DNA of 64,000 nucleotides, taken from an uncultured Pseudohongiella sp. Lineage in GTDB: Bacteria > Pseudomonadota > Gammaproteobacteria > Pseudomonadales > Pseudohongiellaceae. The stretch is from positions 120,928-184,927 of the forward strand of contig CAXBER010000005.1 of the NCBI GenBank assembly GCA_963974875.1. The letters run 5' to 3'. A program made the translations under genes and the position numbers. A model generated the notes under the pieces. The model ran no database searches, was not told where the DNA came from, and worked only from the letters and a program-made list of their open reading frames with translations. This document shows positions 9,731-19,224 of this stretch, in pieces; the first letter of the stretch is position 1, and every line of letters begins with the position of its first letter.

Positions 9731-11164
9731 ATGACAAATGCAATTTTTATCATCAAATCCCGGCGTCACCTGCTTCATGCAATTGTGCTCGCTGCGCTGA
9801 TGGCCGGTGGTCTGACAGTAACGCCGGCCATGGCACAGAACACACTGGTACCCGAGGGTGAAACATCACCCTATATCGCCACAGCTTTCCCGGATCGCAT
9901 CGTGCTGACCGCAACTGCCGACCCCGCACATGCCCAGACAGTCAACTGGCGTACCCGCAGCTCCGTTAATACGGCCTATGCCCAGATTACCAAAGCTACC
10001 GGGTCACCCGCACTGCACCTGACCGCACAAAATATTCAGGGCGAGACGCAGGCGCTGGATGCGCACAACGGCATGGCTCATCACCATCATGTAACCTTTA
10101 CCGGTCTCGAGCCGGACACGCTGTATGCCTACCGTGTCCGGGGCGACAACACCTGGAGCGAGTGGTTTCAGTTCCGCACCGCAACAAATGATTTCTCGCC
10201 ACATTCGGCAATCTATTTCGGTGACGCGCAGAACGCCGTCAAGTCCCACTTTTCACGGGTCATGCGTGAAGCCTACAGCACTGCGCCACGTGCACAGGTC
10301 ATGGTGCATGCCGGTGACCTGGTCAATTCTGGTGGCAACGACAACCATGACGATGAGTGGGGTGAGTGGTTTGATGCCGGCAGTTTTATCAACAGCATGC
10401 TGGTGAATGTCGCTGTTGCCGGTAACCATGAGCATATCCGCACAGAAACCGGTCCGCGGGTACTGATGCCACAGTGGCCGGTGCATTTCCGGTTTCCCGG
10501 CAATGGTCCTGCGCCGCTGAACAACACGGTCTATTACATGGACTACCAGGGTGTGCGTTACATAGGCCTGGATTCCCAACAGGCGTTGCAGGATGAAGCG
10601 CTGCTGAAACTGCAGGCCGACTGGCTGCGTGGCGTGCTCAGCGACAATCCCAATCGCTGGACCGTTGTGAGCTATCACCACCCGATGTTCTCTGTATCAC
10701 TGGGTCGCGACAATCCGCCGTTGCGTCAGCAGTGGCAGCCGGTGTTCGACGAATTCAATGTGGATCTGGTCCTGCAGGGCCATGACCACACCTATGGTCG
10801 TGGTGAAAACGTGGCAAGCGGCGCGTCGGGTCAGATGAACGGTGCCGGTCCCATGTACGTAGTGTCGGTTTCCGGCCCCAAGATGTATATGCTGGGCGAC
10901 CAGTCTGCGGCAACCATGGATCGGGTTGGCGAGGACGTGCAGTTGTTTCAGGTCATGGAGTTCCGCGAAGACCGTATTGTGTATCAGGCCCGAACGGCAA
11001 CCGGTGAGTTGTACGATGCCTTTGATATTGAGCGGGCGAGCGATGGCAGCAAACGTGTCATCGATCGTCGCCCGGATACGCCGGTCAGCCTGTGCAGCAA
11101 TCCCGAGGCGCGCACCGGTTCAAGCTGCTGGAGTGGCAGCAGTTTTTTGCAGCCGGATCTGTAA
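9731..11164 (+). CDS. Purple-acid-phosphatase-like metallophosphoesterase with FN3-like N-terminal domain
   Basis: Signal peptide; FGDAQ, HAGDLVN, AGNHEH, YHHP and QGHDHTY motifs. Confidence 0.9.
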   Translation: MTNAIFIIKSRRHLLHAIVLAALMAGGLTVTPAMAQNTLVPEGETSPYIATAFPDRIVLTATADPAHAQTVNWRTRSSVNTAYAQITKATGSPALHLTAQNIQGETQALDAHNGMAHHHHVTFTGLEPDTLYAYRVRGDNTWSEWFQFRTATNDFSPHSAIYFGDAQNAVKSHFSRVMREAYSTAPRAQVMVHAGDLVNSGGNDNHDDEWGEWFDAGSFINSMLVNVAVAGNHEHIRTETGPRVLMPQWPVHFRFPGNGPAPLNNTVYYMDYQGVRYIGLDSQQALQDEALLKLQADWLRGVLSDNPNRWTVVSYHHPMFSVSLGRDNPPLRQQWQPVFDEFNVDLVLQGHDHTYGRGENVASGASGQMNGAGPMYVVSVSGPKMYMLGDQSAATMDRVGEDVQLFQVMEFREDRIVYQARTATGELYDAFDIERASDGSKRVIDRRPDTPVSLCSNPEARTGSSCWSGSSFLQPDL

Positions 11165-11181
11165 CAGCTGATATGTGTCAG

Positions 11182-11212
11182 AAAACCGGAGCCCTGTGCT
11201 CCGGTTTTTTTT
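11182..11212 (+). terminator. Intrinsic terminator
   Basis: AAAACCGGAGC-CCTGT-GCTCCGGTTTTTTTT. Confidence 0.85.
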
Positions 11213-11300
11213 GCTTGCCTTGTCCGACTGGGTTAATCTTGAACGCGCCGTTACCAAAAACACGCGCAATTCAATGCCTCAAAGTCAGGGGAATGCAAGA

Positions 11301-12740
11301 ATGAACAAAACAATGATATCCGTCGCCCTAATGAGTCTGGTGTTATCTGCTGACGGAATCGCCCAGCAGACCGAACAGTATGATTACTGGGCACCGCAGC
11401 GGGCCATGGTGCAGCGCGGGCAGCAGGCGGTATTCATGTGCAATGGCCTGTTCACCAGCAACCGTACGCTGGAGCAGGTGTTCAGCCAGGAACTGGCTTT
11501 TCTGCGCAATCCCGTTGGTACGGCTGACGGCGGTGACTACCAGATTGACTCCGAGCGTCGCGCGGTGGAAGTCGGCGCGCCGGGTGATGTGCCGGTGATG
11601 CGCGCGGTGTTCCGGGAAGGCATAGGCTGCATCATTCTGCCGCCGGATCAGACGCTGGCAGACATCGACAGTCTGCCCGAACTGACCCTGCCGCTACCTG
11701 CCGGTGATGCGGCACAGATACCCTGGCCCGACGTCGACCTGATCGAACCGCAGGCATTACCCGCCAATATCGATGCCAATGCCCTGCAGGCGGCTTCTGA
11801 CTGGGCCTTTAATCGTCCGACCCCGGAGCAGGACACGCTCAGCCTGGTGGTGGTTTACAAAGGGCAGATCATCCTGGAACGTTACGCGCCCGGTATTGAT
11901 GTGGCCACGCGCACGCGTACCTGGTCCACGGCCAAGAGTATTGCTTCCACCTTGATCGGCATGCTGGTTGACGATGGTCAGCTGGCCCTGGATAAACCGC
12001 TGAATCTGGGCTGGCAGCCACAAGTGGACGCCGTCGAATCCGACCCGCGACGTCACATCACGCTCAGACATGTGCTGAATATGAGCAGCGGGCTGGAAAG
12101 TCCTGACAACGGAGGCATGGAATATGCAACCGGGTCAGGACTTTCCTATTGGGCGGGCGCCAGCTCCGTCAAGGGCGCCCTGAGTCGCGCCATGATCCGG
12201 GAGCCCGGCACACACTGGGACTACGAGAACTACGACACCATACTGGGTGTGTATGCCATGAAGCTGGCGCTGGGTGGCGAAAACGCGTACGCCGAGTTCC
12301 CCCGCAAAGCCCTGCTGGATAAAATTGGCATGCGCAACACCCTGGTCAGCACCGATCGGTTTGGTGACTTTGTGCTCAGCAGCCAGGTCTACACCAATGC
12401 CAGAGACCTGGCACGGTTTGGTCTTCTGTACCTGAACGATGGCATGTGGAATGGTGAGCGGCTCATTTCAGAGGACTGGATTGAATTCTCCCGCACCCCT
12501 GCGCCCGCCACGGTGGGTCGGGGTGGTCAGTACGGCGGGCAATGGTGGCTGGTGCCGGAAGGGCGCACTGACATCCCGGCGGATGCCTACTCCACCAATG
12601 GTAACCGTGGCCAGTACACCGTGGTTGTGCCATCGCATGACCTGGTGATTGTGCGCCGGGGTCTGGATTATGGCAGGCAGGGGTTCAGTCAGTGGGATCT
12701 TGCGCGGGAAGTGCTGAAGGCGGTGGGGCCGGCGCAGTGA
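11301..12740 (+). CDS. Secreted serine hydrolase, beta-lactamase/AmpC family
   Basis: SxxK (STAKS), WDYENYDT, GNRGQY; likely ATG at 11301 with signal peptide. Confidence 0.85.
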   Translation: MNKTMISVALMSLVLSADGIAQQTEQYDYWAPQRAMVQRGQQAVFMCNGLFTSNRTLEQVFSQELAFLRNPVGTADGGDYQIDSERRAVEVGAPGDVPVMRAVFREGIGCIILPPDQTLADIDSLPELTLPLPAGDAAQIPWPDVDLIEPQALPANIDANALQAASDWAFNRPTPEQDTLSLVVVYKGQIILERYAPGIDVATRTRTWSTAKSIASTLIGMLVDDGQLALDKPLNLGWQPQVDAVESDPRRHITLRHVLNMSSGLESPDNGGMEYATGSGLSYWAGASSVKGALSRAMIREPGTHWDYENYDTILGVYAMKLALGGENAYAEFPRKALLDKIGMRNTLVSTDRFGDFVLSSQVYTNARDLARFGLLYLNDGMWNGERLISEDWIEFSRTPAPATVGRGGQYGGQWWLVPEGRTDIPADAYSTNGNRGQYTVVVPSHDLVIVRRGLDYGRQGFSQWDLAREVLKAVGPAQ

Positions 12741-12781
12741 GTCAGGCTTTGTTTGTTGCTTTGGGTTGGCATGCATAATAT

Positions 12782-12856
12782 GTCGATATATTCTATAAAT
12801 ATCGACTTATCGTCTTGACGTGTCGATGTCATCGACATATTCTGTAAACATGTCGA
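12782..12856 (+). promoter_or_regulatory. Sigma70 promoter of fic with overlapping GTCGAT/ATCGAC palindromic operators
   Basis: TTGACG(12815)-17 bp-TATTCT(12838); GTCGAT-GTC-ATCGAC in the spacer; GTCGATAT-N9-ATATCGAC at 12782-12806. Confidence 0.65.
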
Positions 12857-12878
12857 AAAAAACAGATGATGTAAATAT

Positions 12879-14018
12879 ATGACTTGGGATCCAGCCAAGC
12901 CATATAACAACCTCCCTTTGTTACCACCGGCTCAAGAGTTGGAGACAAAGGCCGTCCTGAAACGCTGTATTGTCGCCAGGGCAGCACTTGCCGAACTCAA
13001 GCAGGCAGCTGAGCTTATTCCTAACCAGGCGATGCTGATCAACACTCTGCCACTCCTGGAGGCAAAAGACAGTTCAGAAATCGAGAATATCGTCACCACG
13101 ACTGACATTCTTTTGCAGTTTGCCTACGGCAATCAGGCACGTGCAGACTCAGCCACCAAGGAGGCTTTGCGATACCGCAGGGCGCTTTACGAGGGTTGGA
13201 AAACATTAGCCCATCGTCCGATCAATACCAACATGGCCGAATCAATCTGCAGCCAGATAAAAGGTGTTGATATGGCGGTGCGGAAAGTGCCGGGCACTAC
13301 GTTGGCCAACGACAGAACAGGTGAAGTAATCTACACGCCACCCCAGGGTGAAAAAGCGCTTCGTGATCTTCTGAGCAACTGGGAAAAGTTGCTTCAAGAA
13401 CACCCAGATCTTGACCCTTTGGTTCGTATGGCGGTGATGCATTACCAGTTCGAAGCAATCCATCCGTTTACAGATGGCAATGGACGTACTGGTCGCATTC
13501 TGAATATCCTGTACCTGGTGCAGGAGGGATTGCTCAATCTGCCAATCCTGTATCTGAGTCGTTTTATCATCGCCAATAAGGGGCGATATTATGATAGTTT
13601 GCTGGCAGTCACCCGGGAAAATGCGTGGGAATCCTGGATTCTATACATGCTGGATGCAGTTGAGAGCACTGCATTGTGGACGACACACAAAATCGTCAGT
13701 ATCCGTAACCTTGCCGATGATACGGCGGATCATGTGCGGGCGCAGTTACCGAAAGTCTATAGCCGTGAACTGATTGATGTTCTGTTTCAACAACCTTACT
13801 GCCGAATCAATAATCTCGTAGACGCTGGCATTGCCATGCGGCAAACAGCCTCGGAATACCTCAAAAAGCTGTCCGCTATAGGCGTGCTGACTGAGAATCA
13901 GGTAGGCAGAGAAAGAATATTTGTACAATCCAAACTGGTTCACCTGCTTACGACAGATGACAATGAATTTGAACCGTATCCCCGGCACGGGACACGTTTT
14001 CCGTCATCGTCCAAATGA
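12879..14018 (+). CDS. fic: Fic family adenylyltransferase with intramolecular inhibitory motif and C-terminal winged HTH
   Basis: HPFTDGNGRTGR catalytic motif; SSEIEN inhibitory motif; C-terminal wHTH-like segment. Confidence 0.92.
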   Translation: MTWDPAKPYNNLPLLPPAQELETKAVLKRCIVARAALAELKQAAELIPNQAMLINTLPLLEAKDSSEIENIVTTTDILLQFAYGNQARADSATKEALRYRRALYEGWKTLAHRPINTNMAESICSQIKGVDMAVRKVPGTTLANDRTGEVIYTPPQGEKALRDLLSNWEKLLQEHPDLDPLVRMAVMHYQFEAIHPFTDGNGRTGRILNILYLVQEGLLNLPILYLSRFIIANKGRYYDSLLAVTRENAWESWILYMLDAVESTALWTTHKIVSIRNLADDTADHVRAQLPKVYSRELIDVLFQQPYCRINNLVDAGIAMRQTASEYLKKLSAIGVLTENQVGRERIFVQSKLVHLLTTDDNEFEPYPRHGTRFPSSSK

Positions 14019-14110
14019 AAATATAACTTCGTCCAAATGAAAATAAAGTGACTCTTATAGTCGGCAGCCCCATTGGTATATACTCAGGGTTTTAATGTTG
14101 GGAGTCAGCC

Positions 14111-14896
14111 ATGCCTGATCGTCTGGTCGTCATCACCGGCGCCACCAGTGGTATTGGTGCCGCCTATGCCGAAGCGTTTGCGCAGCGCGGGTATAATCTG
14201 CTGCTGTGCGGGCGGCGCGAAAAAGAGCTCGGAGAACTGGCCGGTCGGCTGGCGCAGCAATATTCAGTGTCTGCAGAACTGCAGCTCGGCGACCTGGCTG
14301 ATCTGCACGATCTGCAGGCCCTGGTGGACACCGTCACGCAGTTGCCCAATCTGGATGCCATGGTCAATAATGCCGGTTATGCTGTTGATGGCCGCTTTGG
14401 AGAGGTTGACTGGCCACAGCATCAGGCGCTGCTGGATGTGCATGTGACCGCAACCACACAGCTGACGCATGCGGCTTTGCCCAATCTGCTCAAGGCAAAA
14501 GGCATCCTGATCAACGTTGCCTCGGTTGCCAGCTGGATTCCCACCGCGCAAAGCGCCCTGTATGGCCCGACCAAGGCGTACGTGCGAAGTTTCACCGAAA
14601 GCATTGGCCTGGCTTATCGCCATGATGGTCTGAAAGCCCTGGCACTGTGCCCGGGTTTCACCGTCACCGACTTTCATTCCCGCATGGGTATCAACCCGGA
14701 CAAGTTCTACAAAAAGAAAGGTTTCACCAGGGCCTGGACAGCCGGGCAGGTGGTCAGCCAGTCATTCAGGGATCTTGACAGAGGCCGTCTGATCTCAGTG
14801 CAGGGCTGGAACTACAAACTGCTGGTGTTTTTTGTGAGACACTTGCCCATGCGGTGGTTGTTTGCCGCGCTGGGGCGTTCCCGGTCAGCGCGGTAA
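14111..14896 (+). CDS. Short-chain dehydrogenase/reductase
   Basis: TGATSGIG, NNAG and YGPTK motifs. Confidence 0.93.
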   Translation: MPDRLVVITGATSGIGAAYAEAFAQRGYNLLLCGRREKELGELAGRLAQQYSVSAELQLGDLADLHDLQALVDTVTQLPNLDAMVNNAGYAVDGRFGEVDWPQHQALLDVHVTATTQLTHAALPNLLKAKGILINVASVASWIPTAQSALYGPTKAYVRSFTESIGLAYRHDGLKALALCPGFTVTDFHSRMGINPDKFYKKKGFTRAWTAGQVVSQSFRDLDRGRLISVQGWNYKLLVFFVRHLPMRWLFAALGRSRSAR

Positions 14897-14934
14897 AATC
14901 AGCCGCCAAACTTATTACAGGCAAGGAGTTAACC

Positions 14935-16293
14935 ATGTCATTCGCAACGTTCACCGGCGCTGGTGAATACAATGAATTCCGCCAGCACGATCTGCGCAAG
15001 CGTCGGCTGGTGATGGTCGATGGCAATCTGATGGCAAACGACAGTAATCATCTGGTCGGCCAGTCGGCACGGGTCTACCAGAATGGTTACTGGGGATTTG
15101 CAGCAGCCACAGAAGCCACCGGCGCGGAAAAGCTGGGCAATATTGCACTGGCCAATGCCAAAGCGATGCAACTGTTCGGCGGAACCAGCCGACCGTTGCC
15201 CGGTGAGGGCAGTCAGGGCGAATACGGCATCGTCTGCCAGCCAAACTGGTCATCTGAACAGCTGATCGAATGGCTGCAGGCGGTCAATGATCTGGCGCGC
15301 TTACGCTATGACAAGCTGGCATCAGTCACGCTGCTGGCCATGGATGAGTACCACGACAAATATGTGCAGAACAGTGTTGGGGCACGCGTCTACAACAATA
15401 TCTCCAGGGCGCTGGCGTACATGACGCTGACCGTCAAGGACAAGGACGACAAGCCGGTCAAACTGACACAGATCATCAGCGGCAAAGGCAGCTTTGGTGA
15501 TCTGGACATGTCACTGGGATCAGTGGAAAAACAGCTGGATGAGCTCTACCAGCACTTGCTGGCCAAGCGCGAAGCGGTGCACGCCCAGGGCGGTCTGCAG
15601 ACCGTGGTGCTGGCCCCGGATCTGGCCGGTATTCTGGCACACGAAGCGATGGGGCATCCGTGTGAGGCTGATCTGGTGCTGGGCGGTGCCGTGACCGGCG
15701 ACCTGCGTGGTCAGCGTATCGCCAGCGAACTGGTCACCATGATTGATTTCGCCCACAGCTATAACGGCGAAGAACTGCTGATGCCGGTATATGTGGATGA
15801 TGAGGGCACCCCGGCGCGTGATGTCACCCTGATCAGGGACGGTATCCTCACCGATTTTATGCATAATCGCGAAACGTCAGTCAGCTTTGGCGATCAGGTC
15901 ACCGGCAATGCCCGCGCCTATGCGCCGGACGACGAGCCACTGATTCGTATGCGCAACACCGCAATTCTGCCCGGCACCAGCAAGCTCGAAGAGATGATCG
16001 CCGGGGTGGAAGATGGCTACTATCTGATGAAAACCGGCAACGGTCAGGCCGATACCACCACCGAATTCATGTTTGGTGTAAACCTGGGATACGAAATCAA
16101 AAACGGCAGGCTGGGCCGTGCCATCAAGGACACCACGTTGTCCGGTTCCGCCATCAAGATGCTGCAGTCAGTGGACGCTGTTTCTGCGGATATGCGCTGG
16201 GAGAATTCAGGGTATTGCGGCAAGAAGCAGCCGATGGTTGTGTCCATGGGCGGGCCGGCACTGCGGGCCAAAGCACAGCTGGGAGGTGAATAA
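14935..16293 (+). CDS. tldD: TldD-family metalloprotease
   Basis: HEAMGHPCEAD, GNARAY...IRMRNT and terminal SGYCGK...GGP; ATG at 14935 preceded by AAGGAG. Confidence 0.9.
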   Translation: MSFATFTGAGEYNEFRQHDLRKRRLVMVDGNLMANDSNHLVGQSARVYQNGYWGFAAATEATGAEKLGNIALANAKAMQLFGGTSRPLPGEGSQGEYGIVCQPNWSSEQLIEWLQAVNDLARLRYDKLASVTLLAMDEYHDKYVQNSVGARVYNNISRALAYMTLTVKDKDDKPVKLTQIISGKGSFGDLDMSLGSVEKQLDELYQHLLAKREAVHAQGGLQTVVLAPDLAGILAHEAMGHPCEADLVLGGAVTGDLRGQRIASELVTMIDFAHSYNGEELLMPVYVDDEGTPARDVTLIRDGILTDFMHNRETSVSFGDQVTGNARAYAPDDEPLIRMRNTAILPGTSKLEEMIAGVEDGYYLMKTGNGQADTTTEFMFGVNLGYEIKNGRLGRAIKDTTLSGSAIKMLQSVDAVSADMRWENSGYCGKKQPMVVSMGGPALRAKAQLGGE

Positions 16294-17558
16294 TGCAGGA
16301 ACAGGCAAACGCCATACTCAAGACGCTTGGTGACGCCGGGTTTGATGACGGACGCGTGACCGTGCAGCAGACCGATGTCAATGAATTGAACATTGCCCAC
16401 AACCACGTCAGCCTGATGCGCACCACACAGAGCCTGTCACTGTCACTGATGGCAATCAGACAGGGACGGCGGGTGACCGCGTCAGTTACCGGTCTGGATG
16501 ATGCCGTCATACAACAGGTTGTTGCAGATCTGCTGCGTGATGTTACCGCTTCGCCGCAGGATGAAGCCTACGCCGTGGCACCGGACCAGACCGGCGACTT
16601 CAGCAGAGGCCCGCAGTCGGCAGACCGCGATGCCATTGCCAGCAGCGCCAAAGGTCTGCTGGATACCCGCAGCAGACTCTATCCGAGCTTCGGCATAGAG
16701 GAATGTGCAGTCAAACACACACTGCAAAAAACCACACTGGTGACCAGTCGTGGCAGCGGACTGACATCATCGGTTGGCAGCTATGGTGTCATGGTCATGG
16801 GTTCGAGCAAGGACAGCCATGGCAGCAGCTCGTTTACCTTCACCGGTGGTGAGCTGGAAGCACTCCCGGAACAGCTGGCCAGTGTGCTGGATATTGACGC
16901 CATGATGGCCAACAGTGTGCAGGAAACGCGCACGGAAATGATCGCTGAAAAATTCACCGGCGATGTGATTCTGACACCCATGGCCGTGATGGATGTGATT
17001 GGCTGGCTGCTGGGCCAGATCGGGGATTTTGCCCTGCTGAGCCAGGCCTCGGTGTATCAGCGCGCCGTTGGTGAAATGATCGCTGCGCCGGCACTGACAC
17101 TGCGCAACAACCCGCAGGGCGCGGGGCAGTCACCGTTCAACGATGAAGGATTTATTGTTGAACCGGTGACGCTGATAGACGCCGGTCGCCTGACCTGTCA
17201 GCTGCCATCTTACTATGGCAGTCGCAAGCTCAAATTGCCGCACCTTCCGGCCGGCAATGCGTGGCGCATCAGCGCAGGCGATGTGCCGCGCGCGGACATG
17301 CAGGCCAGTGTCGGGCGTGGCGCGCTGGTCGGTCGTCTGTCCATGGGTAACCCGGCGCCGAACGGTGATTTTTCCGGCGTGATCAAAAACAGTTTTCTGC
17401 TGGAGAACGGGCAGCGCACCAAAGCACTGTCAGAGACCATGATCACCGGCAACGTCGCGCAGATGCTCAAGGATATTGCGGCGATCAGTGAAGAGGTATC
17501 AGACTTTGGCGGGTACCAGGTGCCGTGGTTGAAAGTGACAGGGTTGCGATTCAGTTGA
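16293..17558 (+). CDS. pmbA: PmbA/TldE-family partner subunit
   Basis: Coupled to tldD (TAATG overlap); SPFNDEG, GDFSG...FLLENG and ETMITGN motifs; no HExxH. Confidence 0.85.
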   Translation: MQEQANAILKTLGDAGFDDGRVTVQQTDVNELNIAHNHVSLMRTTQSLSLSLMAIRQGRRVTASVTGLDDAVIQQVVADLLRDVTASPQDEAYAVAPDQTGDFSRGPQSADRDAIASSAKGLLDTRSRLYPSFGIEECAVKHTLQKTTLVTSRGSGLTSSVGSYGVMVMGSSKDSHGSSSFTFTGGELEALPEQLASVLDIDAMMANSVQETRTEMIAEKFTGDVILTPMAVMDVIGWLLGQIGDFALLSQASVYQRAVGEMIAAPALTLRNNPQGAGQSPFNDEGFIVEPVTLIDAGRLTCQLPSYYGSRKLKLPHLPAGNAWRISAGDVPRADMQASVGRGALVGRLSMGNPAPNGDFSGVIKNSFLLENGQRTKALSETMITGNVAQMLKDIAAISEEVSDFGGYQVPWLKVTGLRFS

Positions 17559-17610
17559 TCGCGGCAGTGACTCAGCGTCCTTGGAATTGAGGGGGCTGAG
17601 CACAAAAGTC

Positions 17611-17664
17611 TTGACATAAGCTTCATCAGTGTTAATTTATTAGCATAATGCTAAATAATTAACA
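17611..17664 (+). promoter_or_regulatory. Promoter with 35-bp imperfect inverted repeat (operator) upstream of the M56 gene
   Basis: TTGACA at 17611; inverted repeat TGTTAATTTATTAGCAT-A-ATGCTAAATAATTAACA at 17630-17664 overlapping the -10 region. Confidence 0.7.
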
Positions 17665-17705
17665 TTAATGAGGCGCTCCGGCGCTAATCAGGGCTGGAGA
17701 GATCC

Positions 17706-19058
17706 ATGGACTTGTCATCTGTCACACACAGCTTCGTCACTTCTGCCCCGGTGATGTTCGGGCTCAATCTGTTATTGAAATCAACGGCTGTGCTTGCTGT
17801 ATTTTGGTTGATCGACAAGTTGATCGGCCAGCGACTGAGCAGTCAGAACCGTCATCTGCTGTGGCTGAACGCGTTATTCTGCCTGGCAGTATTGCCAATA
17901 ATGTCTCTGCTGCTCAGTAATACTGTGGTCAGCGACAGCGGTGTTGTGGCAGACGCCTGGTTTGAGATCACGGTGGCGCCAGTCAGTGCAGGTGATGCAG
18001 TTGGTGACAGCAACGTTGCTGCGTCCTGGTTATTGCTGCTGTATCTGGTACCCACTGCCTGGTTGCTGCTAAGAATGCTTGTGTCATGGGTGCAATTGCG
18101 ACGGATCAGTCAACGCTCCGGACGTGTGTCATGTTTATCAACCAAGCGCCTGCTTTCAGAGCTGCGAACTCAGCTGGGCATCTCACGCAACATAACACTG
18201 CGCAGCGGTCACATTGATTCACCCCTGTCATTCGGACTGCTGAAACCCTGTATTATTTTGCCCGCACAGTCCCGCCACTGGTCATCATCGGTGATGACTG
18301 ATGTGCTATTGCATGAACTCAGTCATATCAAGCGTCTGGACTGGCTCACCATGCTGCTGGCGTGGTTTGTTGCCGCTTTCTACTGGATCAATCCACTGGT
18401 CTGGTTTGCCATAAGACGTCTTGACGATGAAGCGGAAAACAGTTGTGACGCGGCGGTGCTGCACGCCGGACGCAGTGACACAGACTATGCAGAAAGTCTG
18501 CTGAGTGTGGCCCAGGCCTGTATTCATTCCGCGCAACTCGCGCGCGGTGCAAAACTGCCGGCGCAGATGATGCTGGATCGTAATACCCTGAAAGCCAGAA
18601 TCCATCGCATACTGGAGAACAACACTATGAATACGTCTGACAAGAAATCCGTTAACCACCTCAGGAAATCACTGGCGCTGATGTTGCTGGTATCGGCGGG
18701 CACACTGTTCGGTATTGGCGGCACGCATCTGGTTTCTGCCCAGCCATCAAATCTGTCGCTGGAGATTGGCGAAGAGTTGGTTATTTTGCAACAGGTTGAA
18801 CCGGTGTATCCGGTCAGAGCTTTCCAACGGAAAGTGGAGGGCTGGGCACAAGTCCAGTTTACTGTCACTGCGGCAGGCACTGTTGATCCGGATTCCATCG
18901 AGGTCTGGGATTCCGAACCGCGTGGGATGTTCAATACCAGCGCCATGAAAGCCATTGCCCAATTCACATTCAAACCGAGAATCCAGAACGGAGTCGCAGT
19001 GGATGTGCCAAATGTGCAGTATGTATTCCGCTATGACATTGGAGATGACGCAGAGTAA
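17706..19058 (+). CDS. M56 (BlaR1/MecR1-like) metallopeptidase fused to a C-terminal TonB domain
   Basis: SPLSFGLLKPCIILP, HELSHIKRLD, WINPLVW, ENSCD; C-terminal PVYP...VEGWAQVQFTV...AMKAIAQFTFKP. Confidence 0.9.
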   Translation: MDLSSVTHSFVTSAPVMFGLNLLLKSTAVLAVFWLIDKLIGQRLSSQNRHLLWLNALFCLAVLPIMSLLLSNTVVSDSGVVADAWFEITVAPVSAGDAVGDSNVAASWLLLLYLVPTAWLLLRMLVSWVQLRRISQRSGRVSCLSTKRLLSELRTQLGISRNITLRSGHIDSPLSFGLLKPCIILPAQSRHWSSSVMTDVLLHELSHIKRLDWLTMLLAWFVAAFYWINPLVWFAIRRLDDEAENSCDAAVLHAGRSDTDYAESLLSVAQACIHSAQLARGAKLPAQMMLDRNTLKARIHRILENNTMNTSDKKSVNHLRKSLALMLLVSAGTLFGIGGTHLVSAQPSNLSLEIGEELVILQQVEPVYPVRAFQRKVEGWAQVQFTVTAAGTVDPDSIEVWDSEPRGMFNTSAMKAIAQFTFKPRIQNGVAVDVPNVQYVFRYDIGDDAE

Positions 19059-19224
19059 TCTCTTTTTATGCAATCAACTATGAGGTCTTCAAATACGCTG
19101 TTTTAGATCGATAACTGCGCGGAGTACAGAAGCCCGGTTATTATGCACAATTAAGCGTTATGTCAAAAAACGGCCAGTTTCTGACATAAGGAGCGCTCTT
19201 ATGTCAAATCTGAATCATAGCTGT

